A DNA stretch of 64,000 nucleotides from a virus (IMGVR_UViG_3300043418_000226); one strand, 5' to 3'. Positions 1-11,413 are shown, counted from the stretch's first letter. Program-made: numbers and translations. The notes: generated by a model from the sequence alone, not told the origin.

Positions 1-911
1 ATGATTTATGGAGATTATTTAAACAACAAGAAGCTTGTTTTTGGACGGCTGAAGAGATTGACTTAGGTCAAGACGTAACAGATTGGGAAAATAAATTAAA
101 TGAAGATGAAAAACATTTTGTTAAACATGTATTAGCGTTTTTCGCGGCGTCTGACGGTATTGTAAATGAAAATTTAGCGATGAATTTTGTTAATGAAGTA
201 CAGTACACTGAAGCTAAATTCTTTTATTCATTTCAAATGATGATGGAGAATATCCATAGCGAAACATATTCTCTTCTTATTGACACATATATCAAAGATA
301 AAGAAGAACAAAACAAATTATTCAACGCAATTGAAACGATTCCCGCAATTAAAAAGAAAGCGGATTGGGCCATTAAATGGATTGAATCTGATTCATTTGC
401 AGAAAGATTAGTTGCGTTTGCTGCAGTTGAAGGTATATTTTTCTCAGGTTCATTTTGTTCAATATTTTGGTTAAAGAAACGTGGATTAATGCCAGGTTTA
501 ACGTTTTCAAATGAACTTATTTCTCGTGATGAGGGAATGCACTGTGATTTTGCTTGTCACTTATTTAATGAACACATTGAGAAAAAAGTAAGTGAAAAGA
601 AAATTAAAGAAATTATTTGTGGGGCATTAGAAATCGAAAAAGAATTTATTTTAGAAGCACTACCGGTTCGTTTAATTGGAATGAATTCGGATTTAATGGC
701 ACAATATCTTGAATTTGTAACCGATAGATTATTAATGGCTTTGGGTTGTTCTAAAGTATACAATTCAGAAAATCCTTTTGATTTTATGCAAAATATTGCA
801 TTACAAGGTAAAACTAACTTCTTTGAGAAGAGAGTTGCTGAGTATCAAAAAGCGGGAGTTAATAATGTGGCTGAAGATTTAGATTCGGCATTTGGTGAGG
901 TAGATTTTTAA
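1..911 (+). CDS. nrdB: Ribonucleotide reductase class Ia beta subunit (5'-truncated by window edge)
   Basis: Frame is open from base 3 ([21 protein letters not shown]...[13 protein letters not shown]), upstream of the listed Met at 180. Di-iron motifs [19 protein letters not shown]; C-terminal KTNFFEKRV. Confidence 0.97.
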   Translation, partial: DLWRLFKQQEACFWTAEEIDLGQDVTDWENKLNEDEKHFVKHVLAFFAASDGIVNENLAMNFVNEVQYTEAKFFYSFQMMMENIHSETYSLLIDTYIKDKEEQNKLFNAIETIPAIKKKADWAIKWIESDSFAERLVAFAAVEGIFFSGSFCSIFWLKKRGLMPGLTFSNELISRDEGMHCDFACHLFNEHIEKKVSEKKIKEIICGALEIEKEFILEALPVRLIGMNSDLMAQYLEFVTDRLLMALGCSKVYNSENPFDFMQNIALQGKTNFFEKRVAEYQKAGVNNVAEDLDSAFGEVDF

Positions 912-924
912 TAAATAAACAAAT

Positions 925-3342
925 ATGAAAGTAAAGAAAAGAAGCGGTTCCTTAGAGGAAATGAGATACGATAAAATCACAAGAAGAATTAGTGTTTTTT
1001 GTGATGATTTAAATTTAGAATATATTGACCCAACATACGTTACCCTGAAAGTTACTCAGGGTATCTATGATGGAATTTCAACAACAGAGTTAGATGTATT
1101 GGCGGCAGAAACTGCTGCGTCGATGGTAACTACACATCCTGACTATGCAAAATTAGCAGGTAGATTGGCGGTTTCAAATCTACATAAAACGACACCAAAG
1201 AAGTTTTCACAATCGATAAAAGAATTACATTCATTCATCGAACCAAAAACAGGAAAAGAGTCGTCATTAATCGATACCGACATTTACCATTTTGTTATGG
1301 CTAATAAAGAGGTTATTGACGGAGCAATTCAACAAGAAAGAGATTTAGAGTTTGATTACTTCGGTATTAAAACTTTGGAACGTTCTTACTTATTAAAAAT
1401 TGGTAACCGTATTGTTGAGAGACCTCAATATCTTTATATGAGAGTGGCTGTTGGTATTTGTAAAGGTGATGTTGAAATGGCATTGAAAATCTATAATGAT
1501 TTATCGGAACATTTTTACACACATGCGACCCCAACATTATTTAATGCGGGAACTAAAAGACCACAAATGTCTTCTTGTTTTTTAATTGGAAACAAAGGCG
1601 ATGACATTGATGGTTTATTTGAAACTTTAGGTGACGTTGCAAAGATTTCTAAGTGGGCCGGAGGAATTGGGTTACACGTACATGATGTAAGGGCTAAAGG
1701 TTCTTATATTAAAGGAACAGGCGGGGAATCTGACGGTTTATTACCAATGATGAAAACTTATAATGAAGTTGCACGTTGGATTAACCAAGGTGGTAAACGT
1801 AAAGGTTCATTTGCGGTTTATCTTGAACCATGGCACGCTGACATTTATGAGTTTATTGATTTAAGAAAAAATCATGGTAAAGAAGAAATGAGAGCGAGAG
1901 ATTTATTCTTAGCAATGTGGACACCTGATTTATTTATGGAACGTGTTGAACAAGATGGTGATTGGACACTATTCTCACCTGACGAAGCGCCTGGATTATC
2001 GGATACATATGATACACCCGAAGACAAGGCGTTTACGAGATTGTATGAGTCATACGAACAACAAGGTTTAGGAAGAAAAGTAGTCAAAGCGAGAAAATTG
2101 ATGGATGCGATTTTAACCGCACAAATTGAAACGGGAACACCTTACATGTTATATAAGGACCCTGCAAACTACAAATCAAATCAAAAGAACTTGGGTACAA
2201 TTAAATCTTCGAACTTATGTACGGAGATTATTGAATACTCATCACCAACTGAACAGGCCGTTTGTAATTTGGCATCTATCGCATTACCAAAATATATTGT
2301 TAATGGGGAGTTTAGTCATGAATTACTATTTGAAAGAACTTACCAAGTGGTAAAGAATTTAAATAATGTAATTGATTTAAATTTCTACCCAACCGAAGAA
2401 ACAAAACGTTCAAACTTTAAACATAGACCAGTTGGTTTAGGTATTCAAGGTTTGGCCGATATTTTTTGTATTTTAGGTTTACCATTTGAAAGTGAAGAGG
2501 CCGATAAGTTACAAACTGAAATTTTTGAAACAATTTATTTTGCGGCATTAACATCTTCAAAAGATTTGGCCAAAGAATTCGGTCCTTATGAGTCCATAGT
2601 TGGTTCACCAATTGAAAAAGGAATCTTCCAATTTCAAATGTGGAACAAAACAGATAAAGATTTGTCAGGAAGATGGGATTGGAAATCATTAAGAAAAGAA
2701 GTAATAACTAATGGTGTTAGAAATTCTTTATTAGTTGCACCAATGCCAACCGCATCTACGGCACAAATATTAGGTAATAACGAAGCGTTTGAACCGTTTA
2801 CAACAAATTTATATTCGAGAAGAACATTAAGTGGTGAATTTATCATGATTAATAAACACTTAGTTAATGACTTACTTAAATTGAACATGTGGAATGATGA
2901 CATTAAAAAGAAACTAATCATGGATAATGGTTCGGTTCAAAATATTCCTGAAATCCCAACTCAATTAAAAGAAGTTTATAAAACTGTTTGGGAAATGTCA
3001 CAAAAAAGAATTTTACAAATGGCAGCAAATCGAAGTGTATTCATTGACCAATCACAATCATTAAATTTATTTATTGACAATGTGACTAAACCTAAATTAT
3101 TGGCCGCACATTTATTTGGATGGAAATTAGGGTTAAAAACGGGAATGTATTATCTAAGAACTCGTTCGGCGGTGGACGCCCTTAAAGGTTTAGGTATCGA
3201 CTTATCAACGAATAAATCAATTGAACAACCGATAACGACACCTTCAAATAATCCAATTATTAGTGAAAATACACCTGAAGTAGAAATGACTAACGAAAGA
3301 CCCACCGATTCTCCATTTGAATGTGAGGGTTGTGGATCATAA
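925..3342 (+). CDS. nrdA: Ribonucleotide reductase class Ia alpha subunit with N-terminal ATP cone
   Basis: ATP cone (VKKRSG...YDKITRRI), ATPTLFNAGT, SSCF, catalytic SNLCTEI, CNLAS, APMPTAST, KTGMYY, C-terminal CEGCGS. No intein-sized insertion. Confidence 0.98.
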   Translation: MKVKKRSGSLEEMRYDKITRRISVFCDDLNLEYIDPTYVTLKVTQGIYDGISTTELDVLAAETAASMVTTHPDYAKLAGRLAVSNLHKTTPKKFSQSIKELHSFIEPKTGKESSLIDTDIYHFVMANKEVIDGAIQQERDLEFDYFGIKTLERSYLLKIGNRIVERPQYLYMRVAVGICKGDVEMALKIYNDLSEHFYTHATPTLFNAGTKRPQMSSCFLIGNKGDDIDGLFETLGDVAKISKWAGGIGLHVHDVRAKGSYIKGTGGESDGLLPMMKTYNEVARWINQGGKRKGSFAVYLEPWHADIYEFIDLRKNHGKEEMRARDLFLAMWTPDLFMERVEQDGDWTLFSPDEAPGLSDTYDTPEDKAFTRLYESYEQQGLGRKVVKARKLMDAILTAQIETGTPYMLYKDPANYKSNQKNLGTIKSSNLCTEIIEYSSPTEQAVCNLASIALPKYIVNGEFSHELLFERTYQVVKNLNNVIDLNFYPTEETKRSNFKHRPVGLGIQGLADIFCILGLPFESEEADKLQTEIFETIYFAALTSSKDLAKEFGPYESIVGSPIEKGIFQFQMWNKTDKDLSGRWDWKSLRKEVITNGVRNSLLVAPMPTASTAQILGNNEAFEPFTTNLYSRRTLSGEFIMINKHLVNDLLKLNMWNDDIKKKLIMDNGSVQNIPEIPTQLKEVYKTVWEMSQKRILQMAANRSVFIDQSQSLNLFIDNVTKPKLLAAHLFGWKLGLKTGMYYLRTRSAVDALKGLGIDLSTNKSIEQPITTPSNNPIISENTPEVEMTNERPTDSPFECEGCGS

Positions 3343-3361
3343 AGAATAAAACCCTTAAATT

Positions 3362-3405
3362 AAAAATCGTAACATTTATAGAAATATGGTGTTACGATTT
3401 TTTTT
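3362..3405 (+). terminator. Intrinsic terminator after nrdA
   Basis: AAAAATCGTAACA (3362-3374) pairs with TGTTACGATTTTT (3390-3402), followed by a T run. This implies the ORF-track start at 3386 is spurious. Confidence 0.75.
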
Positions 3406-3431
3406 GTTTATTATCATTTTAGTATTGTTTA

Positions 3432-3438
3432 TATTTAT
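3432..3438 (+). promoter_or_regulatory. TATTTAT motif (candidate late promoter), first of at least 11 copies before structural/late genes
   Basis: Also at 5770, 13950, 16775, 20401, 35301, 40086, 41845, 48653, 49424 and 52150, with variant TATTTAC at 19849. Each lies 4-63 nt upstream of a start codon. Confidence 0.6.
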
Positions 3439-3442
3439 AGGT

Positions 3443-3895
3443 ATGGCGGTAAAATACGGAATTGATTTTCCATTCAGAGACAGTTTAGAGGGTCATTACT
3501 TAAAAATGACAACAACACCCGAAAGAGAGGTGAGAGCAGACCTTATACATCTTCTTTTAACAAAGAAGGGTAGTAGGTACTTTTTACCCGATTTTGGTAC
3601 AAGATTATACCAATTCATCTTTGACCAAAACGATATGGTAACATTTGGTTTAATTGAAGACGAAATTAGAGAATCGGTAAAAAAGTATATTCCTAATTTA
3701 GATTTAACAAAAATTGACGTAATGTCGGCAGAAGATGACCCTGACCAAACAAGGACGTTCTCACAAGATGAGGATGAAAGATTGTTCAGAGTATCAGAAA
3801 ACTCAACAAAACCACATACTGCGGTGGTAAAAATAGAATACACAGTGAATAATGGAGCGTTTACAACTTCAGACTTTATAATATTAAACATTTAA
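3443..3895 (+). CDS. Baseplate wedge protein, T4 gp25/P2 W-like
   Basis: GIDFPF...VRADLIHLLLTKKGSRYFLPDFGTRLYQFIFD is the gp25/GPW signature. Start reassigned to ATG 3443, after the terminator and the TATTTAT motif. Confidence 0.88.
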   Translation: MAVKYGIDFPFRDSLEGHYLKMTTTPEREVRADLIHLLLTKKGSRYFLPDFGTRLYQFIFDQNDMVTFGLIEDEIRESVKKYIPNLDLTKIDVMSAEDDPDQTRTFSQDEDERLFRVSENSTKPHTAVVKIEYTVNNGAFTTSDFIILNI

Positions 3896-3896
3896 G

Positions 3897-5729
3897 ATGG
3901 CAAAAAAGATATCATACGCAACCAGAGACTTTGCGGGATTAAGACAAGAATTGGTTAACCTAACAAAAGAATATTATCCTGACTTGGTAAAAAACACCAA
4001 TGATGCATCAATATTTTCGGTGTTATTGGATTTAAACGCGGCAGTTGCGGACAACTTACACTTTCATATTGATAGAGTTTGGCAAGAAACAATGTTAGAT
4101 TTCGCCCAACAAAGACAATCTCTTTTTCATATTGCAAAAACATACGGTATTAAAATACCGGGTAATAGACCGTCAGTAACATTAGTTGATTTTTCAATTA
4201 ATGTACCTGTTAGGGGAGACAAAGAAGATGAGAGATATTTGGGTAACATTAAAACAGGTGCACAAATATCGGGAGGCGGACAAGTATTTGAAACTATCGC
4301 TGATATCGACTTCTCGAATCCATTTAATGATAAAGGAGAACCAAATAGACTTAAAATACCAAATTTTGACGCAAATAATACTTTAGTTTCATATACAATC
4401 ACAAAAAGAGAGGCGGTAGTTAATGGGGTTTCAAGAGTATATAGAAGAGTAATCACTGAATTAGACCAAAAACCATTTTTAAAATTATACTTACCTGAAC
4501 AAAATGTGTTAGGTGTTTCATCAATTATACACAAAGAAGGTACTTCATTTGGAGCAAACCCGACCACAAGTGAGTTCATGTCAACAACAAATAAATGGTA
4601 TGAGGTAAAGTCATTAATTCAGGATAAGGTTTTTATACCAGATGCGACATCAGTATCTGACCAAGATAATTTCAAAGCGGGAACATACAAATCGGTAACA
4701 AACAAGTTTATTAGTGAATATACACCTGAAGGTTATTTTTCATTAACATTTGGTTCAGGTAACGTTGAACCACTCGATAACTTAGACAACTATATGACAG
4801 ATTCACTTAAAGTGAATTTAGCAAGTTATTTAAATAACACATCATTAGGTGCCATTCCTAAAGCTAACTCTACTATATTCATAAAATATAGAATTGGAGG
4901 GGGTAAAGACTCGAATTTAGGGGTTAGTGTTATTAATAGTGTGGATAATGTAGAATTTGACGTAAGTGGTCCTAATTCGTCTTATAACACTCAGGTGATA
5001 CAATCACTTAGGGTAACTAATATAACACCTGCAGTGGGTGGTGCCGACCAACCTACGATTGAAGAATTAAGAAACATGATTTCATATAACTTTGCGGCTC
5101 AAAATAGGGCGGTAACTTTAAATGATTATAAATCGTTAATTGAAACAATGCCATCTACGTTTGGCGCACCGGCAAAGGTAAATGTTATGGAGGAAGATAA
5201 TAAAGTTAGGGTTAAATTATTATCTTATGATGATAAGGGTAACTTAACTGACATCGTTTCCAACACATTAAAGAATAACATTATTAATTACCTTTCCGAA
5301 TATAGAATGATTAATGATTACATTGACATTGCAAGTGGAGAAGTAATCGATTTATCTTTACAAATGGATTTAATTATAGACAAAAATGAAAATCCTACCG
5401 ACATTATTAGAACCGCAATTAAAAATACAACAGATTTCTTTGCAATTGAAAAAAGAAAAATGGGGGACCCTTTATTTTTAGGAGATTTAATTAGAGAAGT
5501 GGGAACAATAAATGGAGTGGTTAACGTTGTTGATATTAGAGTTTTTAATTTAATTGGAGGTAATTATTCGTCATCTGAAGTTGCACAAAGTTATAAAGAC
5601 CAAAACACTAAAGAAATTCAACAATCTGACATGACTATTTTTATGAAGTCGAATCAAATTTTTCAAATTAGATTCCCAAATGTAGATATCAAGGTGAGAA
5701 CTAAAACTTTAGGAACGACTACATTTTAA
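3897..5729 (+). CDS. Baseplate wedge protein, T4 gp6/P2 J-like
   Basis: N-terminal YATRDFAGLRQEL; YRIGGG..SN; AVGGADQPTIEELR...AQNRAVTLNDY; directly follows the gp25-like gene. Confidence 0.9.
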   Translation: MAKKISYATRDFAGLRQELVNLTKEYYPDLVKNTNDASIFSVLLDLNAAVADNLHFHIDRVWQETMLDFAQQRQSLFHIAKTYGIKIPGNRPSVTLVDFSINVPVRGDKEDERYLGNIKTGAQISGGGQVFETIADIDFSNPFNDKGEPNRLKIPNFDANNTLVSYTITKREAVVNGVSRVYRRVITELDQKPFLKLYLPEQNVLGVSSIIHKEGTSFGANPTTSEFMSTTNKWYEVKSLIQDKVFIPDATSVSDQDNFKAGTYKSVTNKFISEYTPEGYFSLTFGSGNVEPLDNLDNYMTDSLKVNLASYLNNTSLGAIPKANSTIFIKYRIGGGKDSNLGVSVINSVDNVEFDVSGPNSSYNTQVIQSLRVTNITPAVGGADQPTIEELRNMISYNFAAQNRAVTLNDYKSLIETMPSTFGAPAKVNVMEEDNKVRVKLLSYDDKGNLTDIVSNTLKNNIINYLSEYRMINDYIDIASGEVIDLSLQMDLIIDKNENPTDIIRTAIKNTTDFFAIEKRKMGDPLFLGDLIREVGTINGVVNVVDIRVFNLIGGNYSSSEVAQSYKDQNTKEIQQSDMTIFMKSNQIFQIRFPNVDIKVRTKTLGTTTF

Positions 5730-5783
5730 AATGTTTTTTAGTTATAATAGTAGAAAATCTCCGGGTTTCTATTTATTATAAGA

Positions 5784-8700
5784 ATGATGCAAAAACATAG
5801 AATTTCGACAGACATCGGTAAAGACCAAAGGGTAACCGTTGAACTAAAACAAGATTACGATTTACTTGAGATTTTATCATTAAAATTCTCACAGAAAGAG
5901 GCGTATACATCGTTATGTGCCGACTATGGTGTGGTTTGTGGTAGAATAAGTGTTAATAATGGGTTTGGAATTCCAAACGCCAGAGTTTCCATATTTGTAC
6001 CCCAAACTGATAAACATGCAACTGATCCGGTTATTTCTGCACTTTATCCATTTACATCTGTAACTGATAAAAATGACGCAGGTTATAGGTACAATCTTTT
6101 ACCTGCAAGACAACAACATGGTGGACATGAACCTACAGGAACGTTCCCTGACCAAACTGATATTTTATCAAGAGAAGAACAATTAGAAATATACGAAACG
6201 TATTATTCATATACGGTTAAAACAAACAGTGCCGGTGACTTCATGATTTGGGGGGTGCCGCTTGGACAACAAACAATACATGTTGATGTTGACTTATCCG
6301 ATATTGGATGTTTTTCTTTAAGACCGGATGATTTTATTCGACAAGGTAAGGGTGTGGATAATTTCAAATCAACATACCAATATAAATCATCTACAGATTT
6401 AAATACATTACCACAAATTGTTTCATTTGATAAAACAATTGAAGTATTCCCATTTTGGGGAAATGTTGATTTGTGTGAAATTGGTATTACAAGAACTGAT
6501 TTTGATTTATCCGACAGAGGTATAAAAATTGAACCTAAAGCATATTTCTTAGGTTCTGTATTTTCGGACCAAGGTAAAAATTCAGTTAATAAAAATTGTA
6601 CCCCACACGGCACAATGGGTCAAAAATGTAGTTTAATTTCTGAACCGGCAATTATTGAGGTTTTACGTTTTACGTCACATAAAGACGACCAAAATCGACC
6701 AATATTAGAAACATACGAAATACATGAGGACATAGGGGATGACGGAGCATTTGTGTTACCGTTACCTATGAATATGGAATATGAATACACGAATGAATTC
6801 GGTGAGTTGGAAGTTACCAACGACCCAAATAAAGGTATACCGACTTCGGCATGTTATCGATTCAGAATTTCAGTTAAAAACCAATCATTAGGTAGGACCC
6901 GAGCAACTGCAAGTTATTTAATTCCAAACATTAGAGAATACAATACAAGTGATTTAGAAATTGAAAAATCATATGCGTGGTCAACCAATTGGAGCGATTA
7001 CCCAACAGATGCGTTGTCTGATGATATGATTTTTAATAATGTCTATGGTAGTTTTTATCCACAAGACTATTTTTATAGATTTAATTATAATAAAGTATAC
7101 GGAGTATCGTCATTTTTAGGTTCTTATTTCTCAAGTGGGGGATTAAATAGACACACTTATTTAGGTATTAAAGAAATTTCACCTAAGGAAGAGGAGGATT
7201 GTCAAAATAGTGTGGTAACTCCACCTATAAATTGGGCAATACAAAATTTTAACTTTTTAATATTATTGGCAATTATAATTAATATATTTGAAAAGTTAAT
7301 CTATTATGCGTTCATCGCTGCTGTCCAAGTATTGATTTATCCATTCCAATGGATGTTTGAAAATTTTAAAATTCACATCAGGGCGTTTGGTAGAACCATA
7401 TTTTCTTGGGAACCGTTTGATTTTCTTGACAGTAAAGTTATTGAACCATTACAAAATTTTGGTACGGTTCGTTTAGGTATTGCAATATATCCCGAATGTG
7501 AAACGTGTGATAATTTGGACTACACAAATACACCACCGGATACGAATCTCGACCCTTCAACTACTTATGTCGCTGTTATGTCAGGAACCGCCACATTCCA
7601 GCCATATCTTAATAGTTGTTTTCCAAACGATGATGAATCTACAGTATACCTTAAATTACCATACCCATCGCAAGATAATTACCCGAGTACGTGTCCAACA
7701 GTACAACCTTCAGTTGGTGGTACTTTTATTAACACAATAACAGACGATTTTACGGGTAAATACGTAATTAAGTTTCTAAGAACCGGTAAATTTTCAAATT
7801 TTAACTTAGATAAAAAACAATATGAAGATGTTGGACCGGACGTTTATTTTCTTTTAGATTCACAACGATTATCATACACTTCAAACGGTGAAGGTCCTAG
7901 ACAATATGAAGATTATGTAATATATGATAGCACACAACGTTTAATTAGCGGACAAAGTGGAGGTGGAGTTACAAATAGTGAATTAGAGGGAGGATGTCAA
8001 CAATATGTAACCGTTTATGATGAGTCTGCGGTTTATGGAACATATTGTACTTCAGACCCAAACACACAATATAATACATTAAGAACCACAGATATTCAAG
8101 GTTTTGGAACACAAAATTCTGTTAGTTGTTCTGGTGGTAAAATAAAAGTCGGTCAAGTAATTGGGCACGATAATAACCCATGTGGTTCTTGCGCGACTAA
8201 AAGTGGGTTTTCAGAATTTAGATATGGTTTATTTACGATTATTCCTGCTGCGAATACTGACAACTGGGGTAATAATTTTAAGGCAATTACCGAATATGCA
8301 AATAGAAAATTAGTTGCTAAACTATTCTGTGAAGGTGTATCTAACTATTCATTTTTAGATAATTGGTTAACAGGTTCACTTTATTTCTTTCCATTTAAAC
8401 AAAAAGTTAGATGGGATAATGAAGCAATTTTAGATTTAAATTACGCACATACTAGATATTGTCATGACTTAGTTTATTTTAAAATAGGTACCGTTGAAAG
8501 TCCCGATAAAAGATTTTATTATCGTTCAGCATATACAAATAACGGAGATACATTCAGTGTCGAGAGAGGTACTTTAGGTCATCCAACAACCGTGGTTGAT
8601 TTAGGTCCAAGAGACGAGTTTATTAAAGAAATCTGTATTGACCCATCGTTAGACCCAAACTGTTCTGTTGTTAGGAATATTGGTCCAACATCATATCAAA

Positions 8701-9632
8701 ATCATAAAGAAATGTTAGGCCTTTATATCAATTATAGACTTGATACTTTAAACGGCGGAGGAACTTATAAAGATTTCTTTAAAAATAACGGATTTAACTA
8801 TTCGTTACCTAACAAAATGGACGGTCACGTTTTAAATGGAGATATTTTACAATTAATTTCAATTAATAATGAGGCGGGAATTGAAGAGTTCGATTTACAA
8901 AATAGGGATTATGGGGTATATAATCCACAAATTTTAGATAATGAAGAATTCCCAACGTTATTAGATGGTGGACCAATTCCAATTAATTTATTTTTAGATC
9001 CAGGTGAGGGATATAGAGTTAGGTCATGTTTAAACGAGCCAGGTAGACTTACCGAAGCGTCACAAAAAGTTCCGTTTTATTTATGGGATAAAAAAGGTAC
9101 GGGATTTGGTAGTGGATTTGACCAAGCTTGGGATTATCCGACAACAATTACTCAACCATTACAAGGAATGACATATGGATATAAATACAGTGGTGACACA
9201 ACACATCCTTATGTCCTATTTCCAATGTCAAAAGATTATTCAGGTGACGTTATCACCATTAGTAATATACAAGTGGGGGATTTCGATTTTGAAATTGTAG
9301 ATACTACAGACGTAAGATCACTTTATTCAATGCAAGAGGAAGGTTTTAGAGTTTTAGTGGTTACAAGTGGCACAATTACATCACCTATATCAGGAACGTT
9401 ATATACGAGAGTTGGAAACGCTTTACTTAATAGTACATCAAATTGGTCTTCACAACAATGGAATAATGATGTGGATTTTATTGTAAAACCAACATCAACA
9501 AATTACAATGGTAATAAACAAATTCTGTCGACACCATTTTTATTTTATTTTGGACTGAGACCCGGTAAAACTGCGGTTGATAAATTTATTGAAAGATTTG
9601 GGCCAAAAGGGGCCTTCCCATCAGCTGAATAA
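5784..9632 (+). CDS. Large baseplate-region structural protein with N-terminal prealbumin/carboxypeptidase-regulatory-like fold and an internal hydrophobic segment
   Basis: GVVCGRISVNNGFGIPNARVSIFVP...TNSAGDFMIWGVPLGQQTIHVDVD; hydrophobic stretch FLILLAIIINIFEKLIYYAFIAAVQVLIYPF; Cys-rich; baseplate operon context; TATTTAT upstream. Confidence 0.55.
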   Translation: MMQKHRISTDIGKDQRVTVELKQDYDLLEILSLKFSQKEAYTSLCADYGVVCGRISVNNGFGIPNARVSIFVPQTDKHATDPVISALYPFTSVTDKNDAGYRYNLLPARQQHGGHEPTGTFPDQTDILSREEQLEIYETYYSYTVKTNSAGDFMIWGVPLGQQTIHVDVDLSDIGCFSLRPDDFIRQGKGVDNFKSTYQYKSSTDLNTLPQIVSFDKTIEVFPFWGNVDLCEIGITRTDFDLSDRGIKIEPKAYFLGSVFSDQGKNSVNKNCTPHGTMGQKCSLISEPAIIEVLRFTSHKDDQNRPILETYEIHEDIGDDGAFVLPLPMNMEYEYTNEFGELEVTNDPNKGIPTSACYRFRISVKNQSLGRTRATASYLIPNIREYNTSDLEIEKSYAWSTNWSDYPTDALSDDMIFNNVYGSFYPQDYFYRFNYNKVYGVSSFLGSYFSSGGLNRHTYLGIKEISPKEEEDCQNSVVTPPINWAIQNFNFLILLAIIINIFEKLIYYAFIAAVQVLIYPFQWMFENFKIHIRAFGRTIFSWEPFDFLDSKVIEPLQNFGTVRLGIAIYPECETCDNLDYTNTPPDTNLDPSTTYVAVMSGTATFQPYLNSCFPNDDESTVYLKLPYPSQDNYPSTCPTVQPSVGGTFINTITDDFTGKYVIKFLRTGKFSNFNLDKKQYEDVGPDVYFLLDSQRLSYTSNGEGPRQYEDYVIYDSTQRLISGQSGGGVTNSELEGGCQQYVTVYDESAVYGTYCTSDPNTQYNTLRTTDIQGFGTQNSVSCSGGKIKVGQVIGHDNNPCGSCATKSGFSEFRYGLFTIIPAANTDNWGNNFKAITEYANRKLVAKLFCEGVSNYSFLDNWLTGSLYFFPFKQKVRWDNEAILDLNYAHTRYCHDLVYFKIGTVESPDKRFYYRSAYTNNGDTFSVERGTLGHPTTVVDLGPRDEFIKEICIDPSLDPNCSVVRNIGPTSYQNHKEMLGLYINYRLDTLNGGGTYKDFFKNNGFNYSLPNKMDGHVLNGDILQLISINNEAGIEEFDLQNRDYGVYNPQILDNEEFPTLLDGGPIPINLFLDPGEGYRVRSCLNEPGRLTEASQKVPFYLWDKKGTGFGSGFDQAWDYPTTITQPLQGMTYGYKYSGDTTHPYVLFPMSKDYSGDVITISNIQVGDFDFEIVDTTDVRSLYSMQEEGFRVLVVTSGTITSPISGTLYTRVGNALLNSTSNWSSQQWNNDVDFIVKPTSTNYNGNKQILSTPFLFYFGLRPGKTAVDKFIERFGPKGAFPSAE

Positions 9633-11413
9633 TGGAAGAAAGTAAAAAAATATTATTACCTAGTAAAAAATTTACGAAGGCACCCGAAGAAGAACTTAAT
9701 ATTAGATTAGATTTGGAAACGTCTGAATCATTAATGAGAATTGGTGATAAGGACATAATATTGGATGTTGCCGAATTGTTTAATAAAGAAAGAAACGAAA
9801 GTAAAAACTACAAAATCTACGGAAAAATGAGAATGGTTTTCCGTAATATGTATAGCGGTTCTTCTGAGTATTCATATATCGAAGAGAGACTTTATCTTAA
9901 TGGTGACGGGAGTGATAATAACTTCAACGGGTTTTTACCATATGATGAGTTCGCCTTCCTAAGAAGAGATTCGTATCGAGAGGTTAATATCCCAAACGCG
10001 GGAAGTACATTAGGTACATTTACCCAAAATCTACATTTCTCCGGTTCAACAAGTCATAGAACAATTACCCCAATAACGGCCCCATATCAAAATTGGAATC
10101 TTTATTTGAGTTATGCATACGACAGTGACGACAATTTCCCAATTGAATATACGTTGAATGATGGGACAACTGCCAAAATCAAAAAATCGTTTACATCAAA
10201 AGATGGGATACCATTTAGGGTGACGAATAACGGAAAGTGGTATACATTAACGTCACCGGTTGAACACGGAATGAGTGAAGGTGAATACATTACTATATCG
10301 GGAAATACATTACTAAACAATATTGATTTAAAAACAAAAACATTTTACATCAATAGTGTTGGAGATGAGATTTACAATTCTGAAAAATATGTAATAAACA
10401 TATTGAAAACACAATTTAAAAATGGTTACACACTATCAAGCGATGTCATTATATTAGGTAAAAGATGTTTAGATGTTAATAATATTGAAGATTCTACATC
10501 AAAATATTATGTACATAAAAATAAAACTTTGACAAATATCGATGGATACATTATGGATCAAATTGGTTTTGAAACTCCAATATTTGAAGATGAAAAAAAA
10601 ATATTATTTGAAAATAGTGCGGGTGTTAATGACATGATTGTTGAAAGAAATCGAATGGAATCTGTTCTATACGATTTTAAAGAACCTTTAATTTTAACAG
10701 GATTAACAAATAATTTAGGGTTTACACCAACTGAAGTTTTCTTAACTACAATTTTTAGAAATGGAGACGGTTATTTTAATTATCCACCAAAAGTTGGTTA
10801 TAAATTTAATTTTCATAATACTTGGATTGATGACCATTTTGATGGACAATCAGCAATTGAAACTGGATTAACCGGTACAACAACGTTTACAGGTGTAGGT
10901 GGATTTACATTTACCGGCGGAACGGACATACCTATGGGAACTATATTAATCGGAGCATTTATTGAGTATAACCCTAAAGAAATGAAGGAAAGGACAATAA
11001 GTGAACCTTTTCACAAATTAACAATTAGAAAAGATATATTAGACCATAGTCAAGATACTGATGTGATTAATTTTAGAGGTGCAACAAGCACAAATCCATT
11101 TGGAATATATTATCAGGCACATCATAAAATTAAACTAAGGGAATTATCGCCATATACTGAAACGGCAATAACAAATGACATTTATAACCTACCGGAAAAT
11201 ACAAACTACGATTCAACGGAGAAAGTTTGGAGATGGAGAGACTTATATGACCATGGTTATGTGGACGTTGATGGATTTGGTACAAATTTTCCTTTTATTA
11301 ATGGACAACATTACGTTAAAAATGATTTTAATTTCTATTTAAGAAATGAGAGGTTTTATAATAATAAACAAGATGGAATTACAAACTTCAACAATAGAAA
11401 AATAGACTGTTAA
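9632..11413 (+). CDS. Putative virion structural protein (baseplate/tail region)
   Basis: 593-aa ORF coupled by TAATG overlap within the baseplate operon; contains a TSPVEHGMSEGEYITISG beta-hairpin type motif. Confidence 0.55.
   Translation: MEESKKILLPSKKFTKAPEEELNIRLDLETSESLMRIGDKDIILDVAELFNKERNESKNYKIYGKMRMVFRNMYSGSSEYSYIEERLYLNGDGSDNNFNGFLPYDEFAFLRRDSYREVNIPNAGSTLGTFTQNLHFSGSTSHRTITPITAPYQNWNLYLSYAYDSDDNFPIEYTLNDGTTAKIKKSFTSKDGIPFRVTNNGKWYTLTSPVEHGMSEGEYITISGNTLLNNIDLKTKTFYINSVGDEIYNSEKYVINILKTQFKNGYTLSSDVIILGKRCLDVNNIEDSTSKYYVHKNKTLTNIDGYIMDQIGFETPIFEDEKKILFENSAGVNDMIVERNRMESVLYDFKEPLILTGLTNNLGFTPTEVFLTTIFRNGDGYFNYPPKVGYKFNFHNTWIDDHFDGQSAIETGLTGTTTFTGVGGFTFTGGTDIPMGTILIGAFIEYNPKEMKERTISEPFHKLTIRKDILDHSQDTDVINFRGATSTNPFGIYYQAHHKIKLRELSPYTETAITNDIYNLPENTNYDSTEKVWRWRDLYDHGYVDVDGFGTNFPFINGQHYVKNDFNFYLRNERFYNNKQDGITNFNNRKIDC

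Noticed and set aside
925-3342. Intein or intron in nrdA/nrdB
   Set aside because: Motifs are contiguous and lengths are normal; no splice-junction or homing-nuclease motifs seen.
3386-3442. Apparent N-terminal TM/signal peptide on the gp25-like protein
   Set aside because: Comes from translating the T-rich terminator and promoter; the better start is ATG 3443. The same applies to the extensions at 28079 and 59385.
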